Part shown: positions 11,074 to 23,877 of the stretch, piece by piece
How positions within the stretch are numbered: the stretch's first letter is position 1
How the letters are laid out: every line of letters starts with the position of its first letter
Source: Macrostomum lignano
Taxonomy: Eukaryota
Length of the DNA: 64,000 bases
Assembly (NCBI GenBank): GCA_002269645.1
Contig: NIVC01003640.1
Coordinates: 1 to 64,000 of the forward strand
Direction: 5' to 3'
Notes under the pieces: generated by a model
Told to the model about the DNA's origin: nothing
The model's input: only the letters and a program-made list of their open reading frames with translations
Databases searched by the model: none
Program-made: the position numbers and the translations under genes

Positions 11074-12754
11074 GCTGGGCTGGGCTGAGCGCTGGATTAG
11101 TTAATTGACCGAGTGGTTTCGCCAACTTGCAGATGTATATATTTGATTTCAATGGCCATATAAAGTACAAGTAAGACAATAGATTATGTAGAGTAGGTAG
11201 AAATAAATATACTTGAGTAAGCAATAGCAAACCCATTTGCAAATAATTTTTTACAAAACAGAACACTACATAATTTGCTTTAAAGTCCTAAAAGGCCATT
11301 ATGATACTAGATTGGCAGTAAATTATAGTTGAATATGGAAATACCTTGACAAAGTAATTTTATAAGGGATTAGCTAATGACAATTTCTAATACACCATAA
11401 GCTATTTTAATAAAAAAGTATATAAAAAATGAATGGATATATAACTTGTCACTGCATCATATTTCATTATAAGTCATAGCATATAACTTAGTATAAAGCT
11501 GAGGTCCATTAACAACATTAACTTATTTGTATGAGTATCATTATTAGAAATTGATTTTTTAGAAATTTTAATAAGTCTTTATTGAAATTTTTCTAAACTG
11601 CAAGTTAATACTAGATATCAATAGAATACATAATTTATATATTTCAAGGACAAAATTATGTGATTATGCAAATAGATTTATGTGAATAAATGGCAAATAA
11701 TCATATAAATATAATGGATCATTTTTAACTAAAGTAAATTTTAAAGTCTAGATTTTGATAAACCTAGAGTTTAGCTATCTATTTATTATTTTTTTATGAA
11801 AATCACTTCAATCGTAAAGAATGGATGTCGAATATATTTTGGGAGAAGAATTCTTAATGGAATATACATTTTGATTTTATTGAATTTCTCTGAGTGAAAA
11901 AAGTTAAATTATATCCAAAACAGTACAAAACAAAAGTCTATAGCCACGACATATAAAATGCAAAGCAATCTAATCTGGTCATTCTACATTAAAGCTGTAG
12001 TCATGGAAATTACGTATTTTTTTCAAGTTTTAGAATTTGATGTCGTAACAAAAAGTCAAATTTCAGACCCTAGGAATGTTTTCGTGAGAAACTATTACGT
12101 TGAATCAGATAAACAAATACTTTGATTACTCTGGAAGGTTTAAGCAACATAGTAACAATTAAACTAATTGAATGGTTTTATGTTACTATAAAATTATTGA
12201 GTAAAGTTATTGTATTTGATGCTATCAGACAGTTTTCTCGGCTAATATACCTCGGCTAGTATATTATTATAAATCAACAGGACGTCGCCATAAATTCTTT
12301 GGTTGGAGACAAAGACAAGAACTATAAATGACTAAATTTATACATATCATTTTACACTCATTTTAGCGCCAAAGGCGCTATATTTTGGTGCCCTGAAGCA
12401 AATTTATTGATTCCCAAAATGTGTCCTAATTTGCATTGACGGGGTGGGGGACATGGCATATAGCCTTTACTCAAGGACCAACTGCATATAACTATATACA
12501 GTGGTCCTTGCTTTTACTGTGGGAACACGCCCCCCGTTCCCCCGGGCAACGCCACTGTCCAAAATTTACTTGGATAAGATCAAAGTTTTTTGTGGCGCTG
12601 ACTCAAATCAGTTGACTCTTCGGAGGGAATGAGTTGGATGCACCAGCAAAACGATCAGCAAGTCTGAAACCTGTTTCCTCACTTTGACATAAAAAACTAA
12701 CTACTATGTAACTAATACACACGTTAACTTCAGTCGGCTTGCTGACCGTGGCAT

Positions 12755-15700
12755 ATGAGCCAGAAAACTCCTACTACAGTTAGTAAGTTTTATTGTTTTG
12801 GTTATACTTTTCTTATTGCTGAAAATATGAAATACTTATTTTCCAAGACTACGCTCACTTTAGTTTTAAATTACTGGCATGTTCTGCAGCGATCGATAGT
12901 AAATATGACAGTTTGCGACTAAGTAGTATCTATTGATAAATTAGCATTTTCTATATGTTAAAAAACTATCTGTTAAGAATGAAAAATGAGCAAATCTTTG
13001 AATATATGATTTTTGAATATTATTTCATTTAGATGTTATCATGAAGGCGATTGCTAGAGTTCCAGCACCGGAACCCGTTTTCTAAAGGCTATAGATCCGA
13101 CAGTGCCTCCGGCAGTGCAGCAAAATAAAACTAAAGCTGTAAAGGTTTCATTTTTAATCAGTGGCACAGTTACGGTGGCTAGCAGGCCTGTCCCCGAAAT
13201 TCTGTAGTAAAAGTTACCCCACCCCATTAAAATTCTGCATGGTGAAATCCTCCCATACCCCTGCAAGAGAAAAATTTTCTGCTTATCAAAAACCCCCTTC
13301 TAGGTGCTTAATGCCCCCCCCCCAATTAAATTATCTGCATCACTGTTTGTAATATATGCATACTATATACTTCTAGCTAACTCTAGATTTTAGATTAGCA
13401 ATTCTTCAAATAATTGCCCTTCTCTAGTACATGTTTTCAAATAATCTAAGCTTTGATTATTTTTTAATTTTAGAGTACAAAGCTTAAAGAAACAAAATAA
13501 TTAATACAAATTTACTAAAAACAAATTTATTAATATATATAAAACTTAGTTACTTTGACTAATGATTTTCACTAATTTACTGTGGGTTGATTTCATTGTT
13601 TTTAATGAAAATGCTCATAGACAAAGTAATTTTTTATTAAGATTAGTCTGAAATAAAGCTGAACAACACTCTTTGACAATTACTTAGTAATACTTAAAGA
13701 CCCCAGTGGTTAATTGCACTATTTAATAAAGTTCAGAAAATTTCAGTCTACAAGCCATAAAATTTGTTTGAAAATATGGAGTCCTGTGCAACGATAATTG
13801 CAGGATCCTTCAACAGCCTTTGAATTCGAGGTCTGTGTTGATAGTCTGGAGGGTGCCATCGCGGCAGAGGCTGGTGGCGCAGACCGCATCGAGCTGTGCT
13901 CAGCCCTGGTGCTGGGTGGCCTAACACCCTCGCATGGCCTGTTTGAATCGGTGCGCAAAGCTGTCCAGATCCCAGTCTTCCCCATGCTGCGGCCGCGGCC
14001 TGGCCACTTTGTCTATTCAGCCGCAGAGTTGGAAGTGGCGGGCATCGACGCCGCGCACTTTGCCAGAGCTGGCGCGGATGGCCTGGTCTTCGGAGCGCTG
14101 ACCCTGGAGGGTCGAGTTGACGTTGACGCCTGCGCGGCCGTTTGCGGTATGGAAGGGTGCTCAGAGCTTGACAGTGACCCGGATATCCCAGTTTCATTCC
14201 TTTCCAGTTTGATCCCACTTTTATCCCAGTTCGATCCCTGGTTGAGCGTAGGTTGATCCAAGGCTGATCTCAACTTGATCCCAGTTTGACCAAATTTTGA
14301 TCCTAGTTTTATCCAGCCTGATCCCAGTTTGATCCCAGTTTGATCCCAGCATGATCCCAGTTTGATCCCAGCCTAATCCTAGTTTGATCCCAGTCTGATC
14401 CCAGCTTGATCCAAGGCTGATACCAACTTGATCCCAGCTTGATCCCAGCTTGATCCCAGTTTGATCCCAGCCTGATCCCAGTTTGATCCGAGTTTGAACA
14501 ATGTTTAATCCCAGCCTGATCACACATTAATCCCAGTCTCAACTCCCGTGACCTCTCCCGCCCAGTGAAAAATGATTCATGGATTCCACGTGGGTTCCAC
14601 GTGGCCATGTGGAATTTAAATGTTTCTTTAATTTTTGCAAATTAATGACTTAAAGATGACATAATGGTATGCAAAGTATTTTTTATGCACTATTTTTTAA
14701 TTTTTACTGTCCTAATGTTGATGTGGATTTTACAAGGAATTCATGAGAAATAAGCGTATATTGATTCAACATGGAATCCACTTCGATAAAAAAACTGTGA
14801 TACACCACATTAAGACGTTTTTATGAAATTAATATAATTAATTATTATATTTATATGCTTTTAAGTAAAAATTAATATCTTAAAGCTAAATTATAATCAG
14901 AAAATAAGATACTGTTTGTTAAAATAGACAAAATAGAAGTGAACAATAAAAAACGTTTCGTGCTTTTTAAAATTAAATTTATTTTATTTTATATTCGTCA
15001 ATGTCTTGGTTCAAGGCCTTGAAAGATAAATTGCCTTGTTTATGGCTATTTAAGCACCTTAAAAATTTTAGTAGACGTAGCCTATAGGCAATAACTTATA
15101 AGGCCATGGCCTCCATGGGATTAGAAATTAGATAAATCAGTATTTCATCATAGATAGGCCTAATACTTTTGGTAAAATCCATCCATGATAAATTTATTTA
15201 GGCTTATCCAATTTCTAGGAATCCCATGGCCATGTCCATAGATTGGCTACTCATTTTTTAAACTTAAATAGTCCTTTAGAAGTTCATAATTTCCTCTTAG
15301 TCCTACCTATTAGTCTTATCTATTTATGTATGCTTATTAGGCCTATTTTAAGCTAGGCCTAGGCCTATAACTATCAATTTAGGTCCTTCTATTTTAATTA
15401 AGGTTAAGACTAGCTTGACTTTGTGAATTGTGACTAGTCAATCTAGTTAATCTGTTAAAAATCTATTCATTTATGATTTTCTTCAAAAAAGCCTGTTAGC
15501 GTCTTTTAGACTTGTTGCATTTTTAAAAACAATATTATTAATCATTATAAATAATTCTTTGCAATTACACTTGCAACCTGTTTTTGGCATAGCTAGCCTA
15601 GCAGATCCCTAAGGTTGCTATTATAAATAAATAATGATTATTGTAAATTTGATCTGATTTAGGCCAAGTCTAGAATTTAATAGCTATAGGGCATAGCTTT

Positions 15701-17940
15701 TAAGATTAGGCCTAATGTTTAATCATACTATTTTTTTTTATTAGAGGCAGGGGGTTGTGTGTACCCTGGCACACGTTAAGCGACATAGGCATACAACTGG
15801 CGAGAGGCATTGCTGCCCATTCCATTAACTCCCTTGAGCAGGCACACAAGCGTGCGGATACGTATGCAGGCACATTTACATAGGAGTGTACAGTGGCCCT
15901 AACTTTATTTATTGTTAGGCATGTATACTTCACTGTGCCTTGGGGGTTGGCTCTCAAGGCCATTAATTGCACAAGCAGAGAGCCAAGCCAAGATTCCAAT
16001 TCAGCCCCAAATTAATGTGACTGCACTTAGAATCGAGCCTAGGTCGCTGGCACACCAGAGCAGCTGTGCTACCGCTTGGCTACAGCCCCCCTTTTAATCA
16101 TAATAGGCCTGCAAATATAAAAAAAACATGCATTGCAATGCCTAAATACTTTATAGTCTAAAATCAATTTTAAAATAAAAAATTAAATTTATAGAAACAT
16201 ATATTAATTTTTTGTACTTATTATTTTAATTTTATTAATTTAATTTTATTGATTGACTTGGGTAGGGTTTTCTTTTTTGCTAGAGACAAGGTGCAAAATC
16301 ATACCCTATGCTCACTTTTAGGGTTTTATGATTTTAAGGCTTAAAATGCAGTTTCTCTTTTTTCTTATATAAAGGCAGTGCAAAAAAGGCTTCAACAGAA
16401 AAATAGGTAATGAAATCGCACCTAAACTGTATCCACTTTTTAATTTCAATTTTCAAGGTGCAATTTTTAAATTTAGGGTGCATATGCACACTTTGCGCTT
16501 AAAAAATAAACCTAGGACTTAGGCCTAGTTAATTTTAAAATACACTTTATTTTATTTTATAAGTATTCATCATTAAATTAGTTTTATGAATTATATAAAT
16601 ATTATTTATCAATCTTAATTGGCAACAATTATTTTTCTATTTCATGCATGCCTAACATTACATGACCCATCCTCAAACTTGGATGTCACCTTGGTCTTGC
16701 ATTTGAAGAAGCTTGCAAAGCTACTTGGAATTTGAATTTAATATCTCAAATGCTACCGTTTGTGAAGCAATGGTAAGTTTTAGTTATAAACTTATTTTTT
16801 TCTGTCATCAAAATCTATCAAAATCTATTACAAAATCTGTCATCAATCTGTTATAAAATTCTGTAATTTAACCCCTTTCTTTTCTAAGGTTGCTCACCTG
16901 ACCTGAAGAAGCAGCATTCTGGCAATTGGCAGCAGCATGTTTCTGACTGTTCTAATTCTGATGCATTATATTATTGTTAATTAATGCTATTGACAATGTC
17001 AATTTCAAATTATATATTATATCATATGCGCAGTGCAACTCTAAAGATATCAATATTTACATCAGTGTGTTTATTCTTTGTGTGCCAGTGACTCACTACT
17101 GTACATAAATACACCTTACATCGTTTTTGAATATTGAATTTTGAATTTTGAATTTTTGTGCAGAAATATTTTTGGCTATAGCTAGTGTTTTATCTGTGTT
17201 TCAGTTTCTTTTATATGGTATTGAGATCTGGGGTTCGTATGAAATTTTGAGATCTGGTATTATTTTGAGATTTAGGATGCAACAATTTATTATGGCAACC
17301 AGTATAATGGCTGCTTATTCAATGACAATGTGGATTCTATGTGAAATACATAATTACTTCCATATGGATCTTCCATGTGGAATCCATATCTTGATTCCAC
17401 ATGGATGGACGGAGACAAATGCACATATGGATTTCATATGAAAAATCCACATGGAATCCATATCATTTTTTTCACTGGGCGGTAGCCCGCGCTCCAGGCC
17501 TCGCCTTCACCTTCCACCGCGCCGTGGACGCCTCTCGCGACCCGCTGGAAGCCGCGGCTGACATTCGCGACCGCCTGCCCGCCGCTTTCACCCGCCTGCT
17601 GTCCAGCGGTGGCGCCAAATCCGCCCCAGCCGGAGTCGATTGTCTGCGCCAAATTGGCGCCATTCTCGGCGCCGCTGGCGGCCGCGTCCAGCTCATGGTG
17701 GGCGCCGGAGTCACCCGCGCCAACCTGGCCGGTCTCCTGCGCGACACCGGCGCCCGCGCCTTCCACGCCTCGGCCAGCGCGCCAGCGCCGGCGCCACCGG
17801 AGGGTGCCTTCCAGCATCCTAGCGTCGGCTTCGGACCGAGCGGCCTCCCCGAGGACGACTGGCGGCTGCTGCGGGTGACGGACGCCGGGGTCGCGGCCGA
17901 GCTGCGGGCTGTCGCTCAGCAATTTTTCGCCTCCCGGTAG
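12755..17940 (+). CDS. CUTC: CutC-family (copper homeostasis, TIM-barrel) protein
   Basis: Exons 13804-14146 and 17486-17940. Motifs [46 protein letters not shown] and MVGAGV. First exon 12755-12778 (MSQKTPTT, donor GTTAGT) is tentative. Divergent from CREB3. Confidence 0.9.
14195..14540. repeat. 11-bp minisatellite TTTGATCCCAG in CutC intron
   Basis: Degenerate tandem copies starting about 50 nt after the donor. Confidence 0.85.
15731..16091 (-). mobile_element. tRNA-derived SINE family B, copy 2 (full length, with TSD)
   Basis: Minus-strand head GGGGGGCTGTAGCCAAGCGGTAG (A box) ... GGCTCGATTCT (B box) and poly-A tail. Flanking direct repeat TTTAATCATACTA (15718-15730) / TTTAATCATAATA (16093-16105). 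Confidence 0.85.
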
Positions 17941-17999
17941 GCGGCGACCGCCTGAAGTCCCCGATGGCTCGGGCTGCCATCTCCAATCAACTGCCCGCC

Positions 18000-18030
<31 letters not shown>

Positions 18031-18602
18031 GCCAGCTTAGCAAGCAGCTGCAATAATTGTCACTCAATCTGAACTACTGCAATTTCAATTAAATTGCATT
18101 GAATTCTTTCGATTGAATGTGGAAAATTTTTTGCATATTTTTTACTCCCTTGTGACTTGATTGCTGTGTTTTTGTCCGCCAACGGACAATTTTCTCCCCA
18201 GATGGAGACTTTTATCCGCCAACTTTTATCCTCCTTTACTCAGCATCCGTGATGCCCTACAGCCATTGCTGATGCTCCTCACTGAGAATCCATCGGTTTC
18301 ATTTTGCGTCAGAAATTGGGACACAAGCGAACAGTTCTTGCACTGTGCTGTCATTTTTTGCGTGAAAAAGTGCTCAGAAACACCGGGGTGTTTGATCCAG
18401 AACTACTCGGTAGTTTTAACTTTTTGACATATTTTATGAGCTCTACAATAACCGAAGTTCGTCACGACATTCAGGCTAAAAAACGTGTAAATCTGATAGA
18501 GCTGTATAGCCTCGAACTTCGAAAGGTGTTTAAGATAGGTGAGAGTAAAGTTTTGGTATCAGGTGTTGTTAAAAAACCTCAAACTTCGCTTGGTCGCCAG
18601 GC

Positions 18603-20813
18603 TCACACGAGTACCATCATCCGGGTGGTGGTGAGGCTGGTGCCAACAAGATAAGAAGAGTCCGGGAAGCCGGTCAGGAACCGCCAGCCAACGTTGCCGT
18701 TGCGGTTGGAGCAGCTCCCCAGGTTTAAGCAGCAGTCGGGCTTGGGGCTGCAGGTGCACTCGTTCGATCGGTCGTAGGTTGAGAACTGGGCGCCGTTGTG
18801 GTAGATGAACAGGTCCCTGAGGAGTGTTCGATCTGTTAAAGACTTTGCATCCAGGCATCTGAAAGAGCTTCAATGTACAAGGGGATAAACAGTAGAAGAC
18901 AACTAAAAATACTTTAGTTCACCTGGTGTCCGAGTAGTTTCTACTGAGCAGGGCGCCCAGGCCCAGGGCGTAGTTGGTGCTGGCCGGGCCCATCGTGAAG
19001 CCGTCGTACACCACCGCTATGTGGTCGCCTCCGTAGGACTCGGCCTCGAAGAGGACTGATGCGGCTGCCCCCCGCCGTGAGGCTGTGCATGCCCGCCAGG
19101 CCTGCCGGGTGGGGAAACTGGATTTGGCTTGTCCGAGTACTCCACTGTTCCTGTCCGAGCACTCCCTGATCCTGTCCGAGCACTCCACTGATCCTGTCTG
19201 AGCACTCCCTGATCCTGTCTGAGCACTCCACTGCTTTTGTCCGAGCACTCCCCTGTTCCTGTCCGAGAACTCCTGATCCTGTCTGAGCACTCCACTGCTT
19301 TTGTCCGAGCACTCCCCTGTTCCTGTCCGAGAACTCCTGATCCTGTCTGAGCACTCCACTGTTCCTGTCTGAGCACTCCCTGATCCTGTCTGAGCATTCC
19401 ACTGTTCCTGTCCGAGCACTCCACTGTTCCTGTCCGAGCACTCCACTGTTCCTGTCTGAGCACTCCCTGCTTTTGTCCGAGCACTCCACTGTTCCTGTCC
19501 GAGCACTCCACTGTTCCTGTCCGAGCACTCCACTGTTCCTGTCCGAGCACTCCACTGTTCCTGTCCGAGCACTCCACTGTTCCTGTCCGAGCACTTCCTG
19601 CTTTTGTTCGAGCACTCCACTGTTCCTGTCTGAGCACTCCACTGTTTCTGTCCGAGCACTCCACTGATCCTGTCCGAGCACTCCACTGTTCCTGTCTGAG
19701 CACTCCCTGATCCTGTCCGAGCATTCCACTTGTTCCTGTCTGAGCACTCCCTGATCCTGTCCGAGCATTCCACTGTTCCTGTCCGAGCACTCCCCTGATC
19801 CTGACTGAGCACTCCACAGCCTGGTCACTCACCCATCCAGTAGTCGGTGGTGCAGCTCCCGAAGCCAGCCTCATACTCGGCCCAGGGCCTGGCAAAGCCC
19901 ACGTCGTCATTCTGGGCCTTCATGAGCAGAAGGTAGGTCTCGCTGCCGTAGCACACGTGGCACTGGGAGGGACAGCTGCCGGCTGTTGGGCCTGCGGTTG
20001 GAGGTGAGTCAGGGAGCTGGATTGGGTCGGAGGTGGGTCAGGGAGCTGGATTGGGTCGGAGGTGGGTCAGGGAGCTGGATTGGGTCGGAGGTGGGTCAGG
20101 GAGCTGGATTGGGTCGGAGGTGGGTCAGGGAGCTGGATTGGGTCGGAGGTGGGTCAGGGAGCTGGATTGGGTCAGAGGTGGGTCAGGGAGCTGGATTGGG
20201 TCAGAGGTGGGTCAGGGAGAGCTGGATTAAGTCAAAAGCCAAATTGATTCGAAAGTGGCTGCATGCGTTGCCAGGAGGCCCCAGTCCGAACTGCAGCTCA
20301 CCAACAGCAGCCGTGACCGTCGGGTCGACGGCGCCGGGCCGTTGAAAGATGGGCAGCCCCGACCGAATGCGGCAGCCCGCCAACGGCGACATCTCGAAGA
20401 CGCCGGGCGAGGCCGCAGGCGGGGAGGCCGGCGGCGACTTGGCGAAAGCGAAAGACTGGCAGTCGGCGTCACCCAGCAGCAGGCAGAGGGCGGAGCAGTG
20501 CACCGCGGAGGCGGCCGACGCGCTGACGGTCTGGACAGCTGTCCGAAGGCTGCAGCAGCAGCTCGAAATAAGTCGGACCGTCTGAGATTTGCATGAGAGC
20601 GGTATAGATAGATATGTGGATATATAGATAGATAGATAGATAGGTGGAGAGATAGATAGATAGATAGATAGATAAATAGACAGACAGATAGATAGATAAG
20701 ACAGATATATGGACTCAAAAACGTCAGGGACTCACTGATGGTCGCAGAGGCGGCAGGGCAGGCGGCCCCAGCAAAGCACAGGGCGCCCAGCAGGCAGAGC
20801 AGACGGTTGATGA
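18603..20813 (-). CDS. Secreted fibrinogen-related protein with N-terminal PAN/apple-like Cys motif (at least 5 exons, two frameshifts, start exon not found)
   Basis: Exons 20813-20736 (signal-like LLCLLGALCFAGAAC), 20581-20302 (HCSALCLLLGDADCQSFAF), 19991-19833 (FARPWAEYEAGFG..DYWMG), 19101-18923 (LAGMHSLT..VYDGFTMG..TNYAL) and 18858-18603 (YHNGAQFSTYDR..TRMMVLV*). The 280-nt and 179-nt exons each carry one extra base. Confidence 0.8.
19135..19820. repeat. 22-bp minisatellite CCACTGTTCCTGTCCGAGCACT in fibrinogen-gene intron
   Basis: Direct tandem copies. Confidence 0.95.
20005..20222. repeat. 29-bp minisatellite GGGAGCTGGATTGGGTCGGAGGTGGGTCA in fibrinogen-gene intron
   Basis: About 7 near-identical units running up to the acceptor. 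Confidence 0.95.
20604..20710. repeat. (GATA)n microsatellite in fibrinogen-gene intron
   Basis: Direct reading. Confidence 0.9.
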
Positions 20814-21087
20814 CTTAAAATGCAAGAGCTATCAAAGCGGGATTCCAGAATCCCATCCTTGTTCCCAAATTTATGCGAACTAGTTGCTAAGCTGTATCTA
20901 GGATAACAAAGGTATCAACACAAATTTGAATCAAATTTCTGGCTCTGAAAGATTTCATTTGTTTGAAAGCAGCAGAGGATTTGAGCCGCTTCAGCCACTT
21001 TCGGCTTCCTCTTTTACTTGAGTGCTTCTGCCATTCTTGCAAAATTGAATTTTTTAAGCATATCGCATAGCAGATGCGGCACTGTAA

Positions 21088-21592
21088 GGCAATGGGACAT
21101 GTCAGGGCGGGGAATGTCAGGGTAATGTCAGGATGGGAATGTAAGGATGGGGAATGTCAGGGCGGGGGATGTCAGGGTGGGGAATGTCAGGATGGGGAAT
21201 GTCAGGGTGGGGAATGTAAGGATGGGGAATGTCAGGGTGGGGAATGTAACGATGGGGAATGACAGGGTGGGGAATGTAACGATGGAGAATGACAGGGTGG
21301 GGAATGTAAGGATGGGGAATGTCAGGGTGGGGAATGTAACGATGGGGAATGACAGGGTGGGGAATGTAACGATGGGGAATGACAGGGTGGGGAATGTAAG
21401 GATGGGGAATGTCAGGGTGGGGAATGTCAGGGTGGGGAATGTAACGATGGGGAATGACAGGGTGGGGAATGTAACGATGGGGAATGACAGGGTGGGGAAT
21501 GTAAGGATGGGGAATGTCAGGGTGGGGAATGTAAGGATGGGGAATGTCAGGGTGGGGAATGTAACGATGGGGAATGACAGGGTGGGGAATGT
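21088..21592. repeat. 15-bp minisatellite GGGGAATGTCAGGGT / GGGGAATGTAACGAT
   Basis: Alternating tandem variants. Confidence 0.95.
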
Positions 21593-22094
21593 CGGAGGAG
21601 AGCAGAGATGCAAAGAACTGGAGTCGGTAAGTCGGTATGAATCAGAGACTCCAGCCGAAAAATAATAATCTGTTGATGGATTCTGGCTGACAAACAGAAT
21701 TTGTAGCGCAGAGAAGAGTTTAAAATGGATCAAATTGGCTGGCACGTGACGCTAGCCAAGTCAATCGAGTTTATTGAAGTAAAAACCCATCAAATCAGTT
21801 TGTCACTCAGTAATTTAAAAATAAGTCAGTCGAAAGTCAAATCTTGCATCAAAATTTGAAAAGGATTCCACCCAGTTGTAAGCACAGAATGTACTAGCAA
21901 AGGCAAAGGCGTCATCAACAGGCAAATGCAAGGCATGAAAGCAGATCTGAACACTGCTGTTTACGATGAGATGGCACATGGCATGGCAACACCTGAGCAG
22001 CAGTAATAGTTAAAAATAGTCTGCGCATGGCTGGTAAAACAGAGCTGGGACAAAGACAACAAAAGCAGATCATGGACTCCTGAAATTAACAATC

Positions 22095-22702
22095 AGAGCA
22101 AAGCTGAGGATGCAAACCCTGTATTAGCCAATCAGAACACAGCTGAGGTTGCGAACCCTGCCTCAGCCAATCAGAGAAAAGCTGAGGATGCGAACCCTGC
22201 CTCAGCCAATCAGAGCAAAGCTGAGGATACGAACCCTGCCTCAGCCAATCAGAGAAAAGCTGAGGATGCGAACCCTGCCTCAGCCAATTAGAGCAAAGCT
22301 GAGGATGCAAACCCTGCCTCAGCCAATCAGAGCAAAGCTGAGGATGCGAACGCTGCCTCAGCCAATCAGAGCAAAGCTGAGGATGCGAACCCTGCCTCAG
22401 CCAATTAGAGCAAAGCTGAGGATGCAAACCCTGCCTCAGCCAATCAGAGCAAAGCTGAGGATGCGAACGCTGCCTCAGCCAATCAGAGCAAAGCTGAGGA
22501 TGCGAACCCTGCCTCAGCCAATCAGAGCAAAGCTGAGGATGCGAACCCTGCCTCAGCCAATCAGAGAAAAGCTGAGGATGCGAACCCTGCCTCAGCCAAT
22601 TAGAGCAAAGCTGAGGATGCAAACCCTGCCTCAGCCAATCAGAGCAAAGCTGAGGATGCGAACGCTGCCTCAGCCAATCAGAGCAAAGCTGAGGATGCGA
22701 AC
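22095..22702. repeat. 39-bp minisatellite with internal hairpin and CCAAT box
   Basis: Unit GCAAAGCTGAGGATGCGAACCCTGCCTCAGCCAATCAGA, about 15 copies. Confidence 0.95.
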
Positions 22703-23439
22703 CCTCTGCGTCACTTTACGAATTAGAGTCGTATTTCGTATGTATAACAACTCTGTTTAGTCTACTTGAATTGGTAGAAAGTTAAGCGCTAACACAACGA
22801 CTCTGACGAATTTTTACGATTCTGCAACTCTCAACAGTTGGTCCAGAGTCGCCAGAGTCACCAGTAAGTTGTTTGCAATGACCCTTTAGCGATTCTTAAC
22901 ACCATTCAAGACTTGTACAGAAGATTACTGTAATTGTGATTGAGCGGGAGCCATAAGACCAGAGACTATACTTGATATATTTCAGCGCACTAAACTTCAG
23001 CTTCCAGTCCAGTGGCGCGAACAGTCCATGACTAATATGTATATAAGCTATAACTCCAGTAACTACAAAAACAGACAGAAAGTATGAAAAACTTTGATTC
23101 AATCTCAAGCCATGGAAATGCATGCGGAACGGTGTGAAATATTACAAACATTAATTTAAAAGAAAGTCAGAATTCTTTTTTTAAATCACAATTTTGATTA
23201 AAAATACAATATTTTTTTTTCACAAAAGCACAGCATTAACATATTTCAAATTCATTATCACGGTACTAACAGTAGTCTAAGAGAATATGAGCTATAAAAT
23301 ACGCAGTCTGCCCGCTAAACAGAAAATAGTAATAAAATTTCAACTGGAGCAGAACGCAAGGCAATTTGCTTGCAATGTTGCTTATATAATTTTAGTATTT
23401 ATCCCATAGCTGAGATTTACACAATACAGTATACAACCA

Positions 23440-23835
23440 ATCTCAGGGTGAGATTTCGCATCTATCAACTAATCTCATTGTGAGATTTTGCATCTATCAA
23501 CTAATCTCATTGTGGGATTCTGCATCTATTAATTAATCTCATTGTGGGATTCTGCATCTATTAACTAATCTCAGGGTGAGATTTTTCATCTATCAATTAA
23601 TCTCATTGTGGGATTCTGCATCTATTAACTAATCTCAGGGTGAGATTTTTCATCTATCAATTAATCTCATTGTGGGATTCTGCATCTATTAACTAATCTC
23701 AGGATGAGATTTTGTATCTATCAACTAATCTCACTGTAAGATTGGTTTCATCTAACAAATCGCAGGGTGAGATTTCGCATTACTAAAAAATCCGAGCGAT
23801 ATTTGAATCTTTTAAAAAATCTCAGGGTGAGATTT
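23440..23835. repeat. 32-bp minisatellite ATCTCATTGTGGGATTCTGCATCTATTAACTA downstream of the kinase stop
   Basis: Degenerate tandem copies; many contain the dyad AATCTCA..TGAGATT. Confidence 0.85.
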
Positions 23836-23877
23836 TTGCATAAATAGGGAGACACGAGCTGGCAAAGCTGCCAGTCC

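Noticed and set aside
7871-11088. Long repetitive ORFs (SHSGSGCHTVGQ etc.) as proteins; likewise ORFs over the other arrays
   Set aside because: They are stop-free translations of minisatellites, open in several frames and lying in introns of well-supported genes.
12277-13345. Two CAGTGG...CCACTG-type MITEs (about 12277-12557 and 13160-13345)
   Set aside because: Ends too degenerate and no TSD could be confirmed.
16000-16091. tRNA gene (A and B boxes)
   Set aside because: Continues into a SINE body with poly-A tail and TSD; no convincing cloverleaf.
14572-17460. TCCACATGG/GGAATCCAT motifs at both ends of the CutC intron as long TIRs
   Set aside because: Only short scattered matches; no continuous inverted repeat or TSD.
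13798-17940. CutC as a bacterial horizontal transfer
   Set aside because: CutC is present in animals, and this copy has spliceosomal introns and host-like codon usage.
22095-22702. Hairpin-containing 39-bp repeat as a CRISPR array
   Set aside because: Units are directly adjacent, with no unique spacers.
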